The notes under the pieces: generated by a model | Database searches by the model: none | Seen by the model: only the letters and a program-made list of their open reading frames with translations | Told to the model about the DNA's origin: nothing | Made by a program: the position numbers and the translations under genes | Assembly (NCBI GenBank): GCA_965219685.1 | Contig: CBDCOH010000002.1 | Coordinates: 3,104,001 to 3,168,000 of the forward strand | Origin: Candidatus Spongiisociaceae bacterium | Lineage (GTDB): Bacteria; Actinomycetota; Acidimicrobiia; Spongiisociales; Spongiisociaceae | Length of the DNA: 64,000 nucleotides | Reading direction: 5' to 3' | Part shown: positions 20,505 to 30,335 of the stretch, one piece after another | Position numbering within the stretch: position 1 is the stretch's first letter | How the letters are laid out: each line of letters starts with the position of its first letter

Positions 20505-22877
20505 ATGGAGACCATGGATGATCTCCGGGAGGAGATCCAGGCTCTGCGGGGCCGTCTTTCCCGGCTGTGCGAAGCCAGCCGACGGATTAATGAGAGCCTT
20601 GACCTCGGAGCGGTCCTGCAGCGGGTGCTGGACAACGCCCGGGAGTTGACCGGTGCCTGTTACGCGATGATTGTCACGGTTGACGGGTCGGGCCGGGTGG
20701 ACGACTATGTGGTCTCCGGTCTCAGGCGTCAGGTCTTCGAACAGTTATCCGAGAAACCCGAAGCCTTGGAGTTCTTCGCCTACCTCAGTTCCCTTCCCGG
20801 TCCGCTCAGGGTCGCCGATCTGAGTAGCCATACGAGATCGGTTGGCCTTGCCGGGTCGCTCCCACCGGCCCCGGTGAGTTCTTTCCTCGCCGCGCCGATG
20901 CGCCACCGCGGGGAATGCGTGGGCAACATTTACGTCGCGAAGAGCCAGCCCGGTGCGGAATTCAGCACCGAGGATGAAGAGACACTCGTGATGTTCGCCT
21001 CCCAGGCCGCTCTCGTGATCGTCAACGCTCGAAGACACCGAGAGGAACAACGGGCCAGGGCGGGCCTCGAAGCCCTAGTGGACACTTCACCGGTGGGCGT
21101 GGTTGTCCTCGATGCCGCAGCCGGGACGCTGGTGTCGGCCAACCAGGAGGTGGCCCGTATCTTTCGCGATCTGGTACCGCCCGACACTCCCGTCGAGCAG
21201 CTCTGGGAAGAAGTGACCGTCGTCCGAGCCGACGGTACGGAAGTCTTCCTCGGCGAGGTAACGCCTACCCAAGCTATCAGCGCCGGGACAACGATACGCG
21301 GCGAGGAAGTCGCCTTCCGGTTAGCGGACGGCCGCAGCGTCACCACCATGCTGAACGCCACGCCCATCCTTTCCGAAGAGGGCGACGTAGAGTCGATCGT
21401 GATCACCTTCCAAGACATGACATCCTTTGAAGAGCTCGAGCGGCTCCGAGCCGAGTTCCTAGCCATGGTGAGCCACGAACTGCGCGCTCCGCTGACGTCC
21501 ATCAAGGGAGCCGCCACCACCCTTATCGGGTCCAGCCCCTCACTGGACCCCGCCGAGATGGTCCTCTTCTTCCGGATCATCGACCAGCAGGCCGACCACC
21601 TCAGCAGCCTGATCACCGACCTGTTGGACATGGCCCGCCTTGAGGCCGGCGCCCTCTCGGTGTCCCCGACCCCCACCGAAGTCGCTGTCCTGATCGACGA
21701 AGCAAGGACCATGTTCCTCAGCGGAGCAACCAGGCACAGCATCAACATCGACTTGGAACCGGACCTACCCCGAGTCCTTGCTGACAAACGTCGCATAGCC
21801 CAAGTGCTTGCCAACCTGCTGTCCAACGCCGCGAAGCACTCCCCCGAACGTTCAGCCATCCAAGTCGCTGCCATCCGAAGCGGAACCCACATCGCCTTCT
21901 CTGTCCGGGACGAAGGCAAGGGCTTGTCCCCCGACCTTCTTCCATACCTGTTCAGGAAACCCTCTAGAGTCGACACCAGCCACCACAGCGGTCTGGTCCG
22001 GACCGGTCTTGGACTTGCCATCTGCAAAGGGATAGTAGAAGCCCACGGAGGTCGAATCTGGGCCGAAAGCGAGGGACCAGACCGCGGCGCCGTTTTCACC
22101 TTCACCCTTCCCGCAGCTGGTGAAACCGCGCCGATCGCCCACAGTGGCCCCGTCCGGTCCACGCAGCGGACAGACAGCAACCGCACCCGGATCCTCGCAA
22201 TCGACGACGATCCCCAAACCCTGAGATACCTTCGAGGGGCGCTCACCGACGGTGGCTACGCCCCCACCGTCACCGGCGACCCCCAACAACTGTACAGCCT
22301 CATACAGCAGCACAAACCCCACCTCGTGCTGCTCGACCTCATGCTGCCCGGCACCGACGGAATCGAACTGCTCAACCAGAACCCCGAACTAGCCGCCCTA
22401 CCCGTGATCTTCCTATCAGCCTACGGCAGAGACCACACAGTCGCACGCGCTCTCGAAGCCGGCGCTGTCGACTACATCGTCAAACCATTCTCACCCACAG
22501 AACTGGCAGCGAGAATAGAAACAGCCCTACGCCAACGAACGACCCCGACATCAGAAACCCCGTCCGAACCCTACAAGCTAGAAGAACTCACAATCGACTA
22601 CGACCAACACGCAGCCTACCTAGCAGGGCACTCGATCAAACTAACCGGTATCGAATACCGGCTCCTGTTCGAACTCTCCGCCAACGCCGGCCAAGTAGTA
22701 ACCCACGAACACCTCCTACAACAAGTCTGGGGCAGAGGACACCCCGGCCACTCCGGACCGATCCGGACCACCATCAAAAACCTACGACGTAAACTCGGAG
22801 ACAACGCCAACAACCCCACATACATATTCAACGAGCCACGCGTCGGATACCGCATGCCAAAACGAACACCCGACTAA
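20505..22877 (+). CDS. Soluble hybrid sensor-regulator GAF-PAS-HisKA-HATPase-REC-OmpR winged helix
   Basis: SHELRAPL, NLLSNAAK, GLGLAICK, LLDLMLPG, KPF, YIFNEPRVGY. Confidence 0.93.
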   Translation: METMDDLREEIQALRGRLSRLCEASRRINESLDLGAVLQRVLDNARELTGACYAMIVTVDGSGRVDDYVVSGLRRQVFEQLSEKPEALEFFAYLSSLPGPLRVADLSSHTRSVGLAGSLPPAPVSSFLAAPMRHRGECVGNIYVAKSQPGAEFSTEDEETLVMFASQAALVIVNARRHREEQRARAGLEALVDTSPVGVVVLDAAAGTLVSANQEVARIFRDLVPPDTPVEQLWEEVTVVRADGTEVFLGEVTPTQAISAGTTIRGEEVAFRLADGRSVTTMLNATPILSEEGDVESIVITFQDMTSFEELERLRAEFLAMVSHELRAPLTSIKGAATTLIGSSPSLDPAEMVLFFRIIDQQADHLSSLITDLLDMARLEAGALSVSPTPTEVAVLIDEARTMFLSGATRHSINIDLEPDLPRVLADKRRIAQVLANLLSNAAKHSPERSAIQVAAIRSGTHIAFSVRDEGKGLSPDLLPYLFRKPSRVDTSHHSGLVRTGLGLAICKGIVEAHGGRIWAESEGPDRGAVFTFTLPAAGETAPIAHSGPVRSTQRTDSNRTRILAIDDDPQTLRYLRGALTDGGYAPTVTGDPQQLYSLIQQHKPHLVLLDLMLPGTDGIELLNQNPELAALPVIFLSAYGRDHTVARALEAGAVDYIVKPFSPTELAARIETALRQRTTPTSETPSEPYKLEELTIDYDQHAAYLAGHSIKLTGIEYRLLFELSANAGQVVTHEHLLQQVWGRGHPGHSGPIRTTIKNLRRKLGDNANNPTYIFNEPRVGYRMPKRTPD

Positions 22878-23050
22878 GACCCCGCACAGCCGACCACACC
22901 GTAGCGACCCTCACAATCAGACGCCAGACCAAGCCCACGATGCTGGCGTCACTGCAAGGCGAGACACAAGCGCGACCAGAACTGTTCAGAGAAGTGTCAG
23001 GAACGCGACCACCTTGGCACAGAGTGAGTAGTCACACGGGCAGAAAGGGT

Positions 23051-23788
23051 TCACTTGCAGGAGTCACATTTCATCGTAGTCTCAAGACCGCCACCCTCAA
23101 TAGTAAGGTTGTCCAGATACCTAGCTAGCCTACTCTGCTTCCACACGCTCGAACCAAGGCTCACAAAGAACCAGACTGCAACAATCAATAACCAGGTTCG
23201 GAAGGACACCCTAGCATTATCAAGAGTCCCACATGGCGATCCGCATGCAATTATAGGAGGCTCAATCACAAAGTAGTAGAGAAAGAGTATAGATACCAGG
23301 CTGGCAATACCCAGTATGTAGGGCCATAGAGTAGCGAGAGCAGCCACCCTCTTGAGGGTTGGAGCTGTCGAATCCGAAAACAGCCGATATGTCGTAACGT
23401 TATCCTCGCGCCATATCTTGTACTCGGTGAGAAAGGGCTTGTGGGGAATAGGGTAAGTCTTCGACTGTTCCATTCTGCGTATGATAAACCTCTTGGTGAG
23501 AGATCTATTGTATGAATGTTGCACATGTGCGAACCACACGATGCATAGCACCATAACGATCGTTGAGATAAACATACCACCGAAGGCCCGCAAGTAGAGG
23601 CTACTCTCGGACGTGGAAAAGACGGCGAGGGAGCCCCCTAACAAGAAGACTGTAGATATGACGGTTGTGAAGAATTTGTCCACTGACAAACGCTGTTCGT
23701 CGTAGCGGTCAGCAGACTCCAACGCGAGCTGGTACTGCGTCATTGTCTGTGCTCCTACGGAAGCAGAAGAGTAACCTGAACTGCACAT
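23051..23788 (-). CDS. Low-GC 4-TM membrane protein, RipA/octameric-membrane-protein-like (paralog 1)
   Basis: QYQLALESADRYDEQR...FFT...W...S...K..I..ME; RBS GGAGG before ATG 23788, shared with paralog 2. Confidence 0.7.
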   Translation of the reverse strand: MCSSGYSSASVGAQTMTQYQLALESADRYDEQRLSVDKFFTTVISTVFLLGGSLAVFSTSESSLYLRAFGGMFISTIVMVLCIVWFAHVQHSYNRSLTKRFIIRRMEQSKTYPIPHKPFLTEYKIWREDNVTTYRLFSDSTAPTLKRVAALATLWPYILGIASLVSILFLYYFVIEPPIIACGSPCGTLDNARVSFRTWLLIVAVWFFVSLGSSVWKQSRLARYLDNLTIEGGGLETTMKCDSCK

Positions 23789-24641
23789 ACTGGGGAACCT
23801 CCGTACCATGGGGGCCTGCCAGTGGAATCACACACCGGCTTGTCGCAAGGGTACAAGCGGAAACAACAAGCGGATCCCTCGGAAAGTAGCCGCTTCTATG
23901 TTTGTCTGGTCGTGCTCGGTGTTTAGCGTTTGACGTAGCGGGGCTTCTCTGGGGGTCTACCCTGCGGTGGTTCCCTAGGCGACATAGACCCTTGTTGTTG
24001 GGACAGCGACGGGCGCTGGCGAAGCGAGGCTGTGGAGGGCTCCCATCAACTCGCTGGCTCGTCCGGTCATCGCCAGTTCGGTCTCCAACTCGACGATCCG
24101 ACGAGCAGCCCTCGTTTCCTCCTCCTCCGAAGACGCCAGACCGGCTGCAGTCCAGCGTCAACAATACCCCGGCGTCGCCACCTGTAGACGGTATGGTCGG
24201 ATACACCAAGGTCAACTGACACAGAAAATCAACGACCTGCCAGCGGCCAACAGGTCCGAACCTCGCGGGGACTCCGGCGGATACCGATTCCGTATGAGAC
24301 CCCTCCTCTTCGGTCAGCACAACACCAGATTCGAACATGCCGAGTCCACGAAACTGGGTATCACCTGAGGTTCACCACACCGGGTCAACCTCATAGTTGA
24401 TCCCCGGTGCGCAGATCCTGCGCCCGCCAGCGTCTTAGCGGCTCATCCGTCCGTGGAGGGTCGACTCGGTACCTCGTAGGACCGACCACAGTGTGAGCGC
24501 TCCTGGGTGTCACGTCACCACCCCGCGATCCGAGCGTCCGGTACCTAGGCTGCTGCCGGTTCGCTTGGTCGGCGGGTGTAGCTTCGCGCCGGTGGCGGCC
24601 GAGGCAAGTTGTTATGTGGGTGCCTATCGTGTGGTGGGAGT

Positions 24642-25496
24642 TTAGGGGGTGAGGACGGCGTTGGCGCCTGCGATGATGGACGCGCAGTCAGGGTGGGTGG
24701 GGTCCCCTGTCAGGTTGATCATCCGTATGAGCCACCAGGCGTACCAGCGGACCTCGATCTCTTCGCCCATGTCGCGTATGTCTTGGGCTGAGAACACCCC
24801 GAGGTCGGCTAGGGCCTGGTTGAGTTCGGCTTCTGTGTGGGGTTGGAAGGCGTCGTCGGTTGGAGAGGGGTATTGTCCGGGTCCGTGGTGGGGTTCCCAG
24901 CCCGGGTTTTCTAGGGCGAGGGCTATGAGTTCGTCATGCGCTGTGTAGTAGTGGAAGGTTGCGGCCCACCAGCTGTACCAGTTGGGATTGTCGATCAGTT
25001 CGTACTTGAAGGTGTCGCTGCATGCGGTGGCTTCGATACCGGCCCTGCCTGCGGGCATTCGGTCGTCCCATGCGGGGTGGCTGGCCCGCCGCAGGTAATA
25101 GTCCCAAGCCACTTGGCCCGGGGTGGTGGTCGGGGGATCCTCAGAGCGGGTGTCTTCTGTTTCGGGGGGTGGAGCGAGGGTCGTGTCGGTGACCGGCACT
25201 CCCCGTGTCGAACCGTCCGTGCCGGCCGGTGCTGTGCTGTCGGTAACCGCGACGCTGGTCGCAGTGGTTCCTTTGGTGGTGCCGTCTCGTTGGCTCTGGG
25301 CGCCCATCACCGAGCCCAAGGTCACCGCAACGACACCGACCAGTCCAACAGCGGCCACCAATGCACGGACCGTTGGGCCGGCAACCGTCACCTGCCCTTC
25401 CGTTCCGCTGGGCGGCAACCGCTCCAACGAGTGCCTTGGTCGCATCCTAACCGATCTGCACCACTGTTCCGACACGGTTAGTGTAACCCAGCACAC
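24642..25496 (-). CDS. Hypothetical exported protein with Thr/Pro-rich linker; true start likely downstream of 25496
   Basis: N-terminal hydrophobic helix, TTATS/PPTTTP linker, globular C-terminus. Confidence 0.6.
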   Translation of the reverse strand: MCWVTLTVSEQWCRSVRMRPRHSLERLPPSGTEGQVTVAGPTVRALVAAVGLVGVVAVTLGSVMGAQSQRDGTTKGTTATSVAVTDSTAPAGTDGSTRGVPVTDTTLAPPPETEDTRSEDPPTTTPGQVAWDYYLRRASHPAWDDRMPAGRAGIEATACSDTFKYELIDNPNWYSWWAATFHYYTAHDELIALALENPGWEPHHGPGQYPSPTDDAFQPHTEAELNQALADLGVFSAQDIRDMGEEIEVRWYAWWLIRMINLTGDPTHPDCASIIAGANAVLTP

Positions 25497-26024
25497 TGTA
25501 ACAACCCCGGAAAGGGTTTGTAATCCGTGCTGCCTACGTGTTGAAGTTGGTTCCGCTCTGCTCGGACCCCCGTCTGGCCCACGGGTGGGCAGTCAGCTCG
25601 GCTGCCGTCCCTAGCGACGTTGACCCCCTTTCGTGGACCCGCTTGTCCTTCTCCTCGTAGGCGGGATGGCGGAGGCGGTCATCGGCCTTGTGGATGGCTT
25701 GGCCGGCATCTGGCTGATACCGGTTTTGTTGATGGCGCACCCCCACGACTAGCCGGGTCCCCAGGTGCGGGAGGGGCTTATCTTGGAAGAGGTCAAGGTG
25801 TTCGACTGCGACCGGACGTTGGGCACCACAGCGGAGGAGCTGGCGCGCAGCGTGCAGTTCACCGTCGGTGTGCGAGTGGGCAGAGCCGGGTGTTGCGTAC
25901 CCGGGCCCGGTTCGAGACCTGGGCTGCCACGATCCGAATGGACGTGGATCCCGAACTGTTCGACCAGGAGCAGTTGTGAACCGCCCCGGGTTTGCCGGAG
26001 ACTCCGGGGGAACACTCATACTTA

Positions 26025-26181
26025 AGGGGACCTCGACCGGGGTCCGGTCTGACGCAGCGGGAAACTGGCTGTGGTGCCTTACCCCGGATCTGTCGGCCGG
26101 GCACCGGTCGGGGGGTACGGGCAGCTAGCCCGGAGCGGATGTGACCTCATAGGAGCTTTGGTCGTTTCTTCCCCACACCCT
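26025..26181 (+). ncRNA. Bridge RNA of IS110-C, 5' part (continues at 27561-~27600)
   Basis: Target-like guides cgggaaac (26058-26065) and ccccgga (26082-26088); donor guide cataggagc (26148-26156). Confidence 0.65.
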
Positions 26182-26231
26182 GATGCTTCTATGTTGTGCA
26201 AATCCGGTGTTGGGGGTGGGGAGAGGTTCGG

Positions 26232-27305
26232 TTAGCCGCTGCCGGCGGGGGGTCCTGTATGGGTGTTGTGGTTGGGTGGGTTCTCTAGGAGCCGGTAGAG
26301 GTGGCGGGCGATGTAGCGTTTGAGGCAGCGTCGGGCTTCTCGGGGGGTTTTGCCTTCGGCGGTTCGTTTAGCGATGTAGGCCTGGGTCTTGGGGCAGGTG
26401 CGGGTGCGGGTGATGACGATGGTGTGGAGGGCTTGGTTGAGGGTTCGGTCGCCGTGGCGGTTGAGCCGGTGGCGGCTGTTTTGTCCGGAGGACGCCTCGA
26501 GTGGTGCTACGCCGGCGAGGCGGGCGAAGGCTGCTTCGTTACGGAAGCGGCCCCGGTGTGACCAGGCGACATAGATCTGAGCGGCGGTGATGGGTCCGAC
26601 TCCGGGCTGGTCAACCAGGTGGGGAGCGACTGTTTCGACGAGTTCGGCGATGAGCGCGGTTAGTTCGGCTATCTCGGTGGTGAGAGTCTTGATACGTCGG
26701 GCGACAGATCGCATGGCTGTCTTGGTGGCGGTGTGCTCGGTGAGGGTCCCGCCTCGGAGCCGGAATCTGTGGCACTTGGCGACCAGGCCAGCGGTGGTGA
26801 GGCCCCCGAGTTGGTCCCGCAGACCAACCGGTGCGGTTACTACCAGGGCTTTCAACTCGTTGATCGCCGCCACCCTGGCTGTTTGGGCTCCTCGGCGGGT
26901 GGTTTCCAACACTCGCAGCGCTTCGCGGTTTCCCCGAGCGCGGGGAACTGGCAGCCGACCACGGCCTAGGACCTGGCGGGCGGCCCGCCGTGCGTCGAGG
27001 GCGTCAGTCTTGGCGCCGTCGCGGGTCGGGGTGGGATCCCCGAACTCCACCACCCACTCACCACGGGCAGAAAGGTAGCCGGCCACGCCAGCTCCATAGC
27101 TGCCGGTGCCTTCCACAGACCACACCCGGTCACCTACCCGGGTGTGGGTGCCTGCCCATTCCAGCAGACGGTCGTAACCCACCCGGGTGGCGCCAAACAC
27201 CCCAGATGCCTGCTCTCCGGTGGTGGCAGTGTCCACCACCGACGCGGTGACCCGGTCCCGGTCAGGATCGATCCCGATCACGTGCTCTACCATCGTGGCC
27301 AACAT
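26232..27305 (-). CDS. IS110 transposase (bridge recombinase), intact
   Basis: IGIDPD, VEGTGSYG, AKTDALDA, LAGVAPLEASSG, RLNRHGDR. Confidence 0.95.
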   Translation of the reverse strand: MLATMVEHVIGIDPDRDRVTASVVDTATTGEQASGVFGATRVGYDRLLEWAGTHTRVGDRVWSVEGTGSYGAGVAGYLSARGEWVVEFGDPTPTRDGAKTDALDARRAARQVLGRGRLPVPRARGNREALRVLETTRRGAQTARVAAINELKALVVTAPVGLRDQLGGLTTAGLVAKCHRFRLRGGTLTEHTATKTAMRSVARRIKTLTTEIAELTALIAELVETVAPHLVDQPGVGPITAAQIYVAWSHRGRFRNEAAFARLAGVAPLEASSGQNSRHRLNRHGDRTLNQALHTIVITRTRTCPKTQAYIAKRTAEGKTPREARRCLKRYIARHLYRLLENPPNHNTHTGPPAGSG

Positions 27306-27339
27306 AAGAAGACGCTCTCTTTCTTGTGCGAACTGGGCT

Positions 27340-27545
27340 ATCGCCTCCTAAGGCGCAGACCGTGACGGCAGGACTGTGATGGGTCACACCCCGGACGGTG
27401 GACAAGCTTCTGATCAGGCCAGCAACGGAACGCCCAGGCGGCGCAGCGGCGGTGTCGGACGCATCACGGTAAAGACACAGAGGTCAGAGTGTTCTCGGGT
27501 CACGACCCCGCCGCTGACGCCAATCCTGGCAACCTCAACGAGACC
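27340..27545 (-). ncRNA. Putative bridge RNA of IS110-B
   Basis: Guides at 27487-27495 and 27464-27470 match the flanking target; agaagc and tcacag match its own ends. Confidence 0.7.
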
Positions 27546-27640
27546 CACCCGATACTCACAGAGTGTTTTGTCCACCCGCTTCGGACCGGCGCTGCCGCAC
27601 AAATCCTATCCAACACAAGGAGAGGGGAGACACAGGGAGC

Positions 27641-28869
27641 ATGCCGGAACAAGACCAGGTCGATGTGTATGGAGGGGTTGATACCCATCGGGATATCCAC
27701 GTTGGAGCGGTGCTGGATCACACGGGTCGCCTACTGGGGTCAGAGGAGTTCAGGGCTGATGCGGCGGGATACGCGCAGCTGGAGGAGTGGCTCCGCTCCT
27801 GGGGGCAGCCGGTTCAGGTCGGTGTGGAAGGATGCGGTAGTTACGGCGCCGGCCTGGCTCGTTATCTGACCCGAGCCGACATCGAGGTGGTAGAAGTGAT
27901 GCGTCCCAACCGCCAGCTGCGTCGTCTCAGAGGCTGACACGGTCGACACCGAGGCTGCAGCCAGAGCTGCCCTCAGCGGAGATGCCACCGGGCGACCCAA
28001 AGGCGGGGACGGACCCGTAGAAGGGATAAGAATGCTTCGGATGGCTCGCCGTTCAGCGGTCAAAGCACGCACCCAGGCCGCCAACCAGATCCACGCCCTC
28101 CTCACAACCGCCCCTGAGCAGGTCAAACATCGGCTCCGGGACTCCAGTATCCAAGCGATGGTCAGAATCTGTGTCCGCTGGCGTCCCGGCGAAGCGCAGA
28201 CCACCACCGCGTACGCGAAAAAGGCGCTGCGGCACCTGGCCCGCCGATACCGGACCCTCGACACAGAAATAGCCGAACTCGACACCGACATCCGCCGTCT
28301 CTGCGCCAAGGCCAACCCGGCGCTCCTAGCCGCCTCCGGAGTGGGCCCCCACAGCGCTGCAGCACTCCTAGTCGCCGCCGGCGACAACCCCCAACGCATG
28401 AAATCCGAAGCGGTCCTTCGCGGCACTATGCGCCCTCAGCCCCGTCCAAGCATCATCGGGACAGATAGTTCGGCATCGGCTCAACCGAGGCGGCGACCGC
28501 CAAGCCAACAACGCTCTCTGGCGAATCGCCACCAACCGGATACGCACCGACCCCCGCACCATCGAATACACCCGCAGACGCAAAGCCGAAGGCAAAACCC
28601 GCCGCGAGATCATCCGCTGCCCCAAACGGCACATCGCCCGCGAGATCTACCACCTCCTAACCAAACCATCCCCAACACCCGACGGCAACGACCTCCGCCT
28701 CCAACGCCACCAAACCCGACTAACCCTCACCGACACCGCCGAACACCTCCAGGTCCACCCCACCCTCCTATCACTCCTCGAACGAGGCCTCCACCACAAC
28801 CACCAGCTCGCCACCCGCTACCAGAAATGGCTCACCGACCCGACCACAAAACCGATTTGCAAAACATAG
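27641..28869 (+). pseudogene. IS110-C transposase, frameshifted, with C-terminal XRE-type HTH
   Basis: GGVDTH, GVEGCGSYG, RHRLNRGGDRQAN, then LTLTDTAEHLQVHPTLLSLLERG. Confidence 0.85.
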
Positions 28870-28889
28870 ACACCCCAGGAGCGCAAATG

Positions 28890-30110
28890 TCAAGCTGCGG
28901 CTTGGTCGAGGGCGGTTCGGTGTGCCCATGCGGTGTGTTCGTTGTAGGGGGTTCGGTGTTTGAGGCAGCCGTGGAGGATGCCGACGAGTCGGTTGGCGAG
29001 GGCTCGTAGTGCTTGGTGGTGGAGGTCGTCGGCTGCTCTTCGTTGGTCGTAGAACGCTCGGGCGCCTGGGCTGTTGTTTAGGGAACAGAACGCCCACTGG
29101 TCGAGGGCGTCGTAGAGACGCCGGTTGCGTATGTGGCGGGCGACCACGGCGTGTTTGCGGCCTGACGCCACTGTGACGGGCGACGTGCCGGCGTAGTTTC
29201 TGCGAGACTTGGCGCTGGTGTAGCGTTGGGGGTCGTCCCCGAACTCACCAAGCGCCCGGGCGCCGAGGACATTGCCGAGTCCTGGCTGTGAGAGGTAGAT
29301 ACCGGCGTCCGGGTGCTCCTCAAAGCGGGTTTCCAGGGCTGCTTCGAGTTCTGCGATCTGGCGGTTCAGTTCCGCAACGACGCTCACCAGCGCCCCCACA
29401 GTGGCCCCGTGTGCATCGGCGACCGGGCCGGGTGCGGCGAGCTGGGGGGTGCGGAGGCCTTTCTGGATTCGGCGGGCAACCTTGTCGAGGTTGCGTCTCC
29501 GGCCGGCGGCTTTGAGCGCGGCTCGGATCTGGGGCAGGGTCAGGCGGGCACCCCGGGTGGGGCTGGTTGCCCGGCCGAGTACAGCCAGGGTGTCGCGATG
29601 GGCCAGGTCATCAAAGGTTTCCAGCGCTGCGGGATAGTATCCTCGGAGCGTGTTGCGCATCTGGTTGGTGTGACGCACCCGGGCCCATTTCAGGTTCTGA
29701 TGTGTTCTCGCCAGTGCTTTGATCCCGTCGGCTTCGGGGCTGTCACCGGCCACGCTACGATGGTTGTGACGGTCGGTTCGTACCAGATCGGCTAACACCT
29801 TGGCGTCGCCACGGTCTGACTTAGCTCCTCCCAGGTGATGCCGGTCCCGGTAACGGGACACCGCCTTGGGATTGATCGCATACACCTGATAGCCCGCCCC
29901 GATGAGGGCACCAACCCAGAGGCCACGGTCGGTTTCGATGCCTACCACCACCTCGGCCGGCTCCGATGCGTGCTCGGCGACCATCTCATGCAAGCCGCCA
30001 ATCCCCTTGATCCCTTCCCGGAAACGAGCGAAACCCAGGCGGGCTCCGTAGGCGTCCATCAGATACACATCGTGGTGGCCCTCAGCCCAGTCGTTACCAA
30101 CAAAGATCAT
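28890..30110 (-). CDS. IS110 transposase (IS900/IS116-like), intact
   Basis: VGNDWAEGHHD, GIETDRG, AKSDRGDA, YAGTSPVTVASG. Confidence 0.95.
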   Translation of the reverse strand: MIFVGNDWAEGHHDVYLMDAYGARLGFARFREGIKGIGGLHEMVAEHASEPAEVVVGIETDRGLWVGALIGAGYQVYAINPKAVSRYRDRHHLGGAKSDRGDAKVLADLVRTDRHNHRSVAGDSPEADGIKALARTHQNLKWARVRHTNQMRNTLRGYYPAALETFDDLAHRDTLAVLGRATSPTRGARLTLPQIRAALKAAGRRRNLDKVARRIQKGLRTPQLAAPGPVADAHGATVGALVSVVAELNRQIAELEAALETRFEEHPDAGIYLSQPGLGNVLGARALGEFGDDPQRYTSAKSRRNYAGTSPVTVASGRKHAVVARHIRNRRLYDALDQWAFCSLNNSPGARAFYDQRRAADDLHHQALRALANRLVGILHGCLKHRTPYNEHTAWAHRTALDQAAA

Positions 30111-30149
30111 CCTTCGCCTCCTTCTCCGGGGATCAACTCTCTCCTGAGC

Positions 30150-30335
30150 TGTCGAGAACGCCTGGCGGCGACCTAATGGATCAGTGCTCTATGGCACGCC
30201 ACCCCATGAGCGCTACAAGCGGTCTCACCAACTGGCCGGGGCACGATCTATGTTCAGGAATCAGGTTCCAGGAGCATCCAGTACTCACCGGCCAGCCAGC
30301 TCAACCACCACACCCTCCCAGAAACACCAGAAGAA
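30150..30335 (-). ncRNA. Bridge RNA of IS110-D
   Basis: Sense GGATGCTCCT (30270-30279) and AACATAG (30248-30254) match the target; TGGGGTG (30200-30206) and CCATTAG (30173-30179) match the donor junction. Confidence 0.8.

Larger units (their letters stand above)
26182..27560 (-). mobile_element. IS110-B element, apparently intact (core GA/TC)
   Basis: ccct-GA-tgct...tcaca-GA-gtg junctions; right end ttgcacaacatagaagcatc. Confidence 0.85.

Noticed and set aside
23810-24640. 209-aa ORF 23709-24338 or an ncRNA in this gap
   Set aside because: No motif or convincing structure; probably degenerate sequence
25495-25530. Fifth copy of the operator box
   Set aside because: TGTTACAGT -10 is present, but the box-like tttgtaatccgtgc is degenerate and at a different spacing
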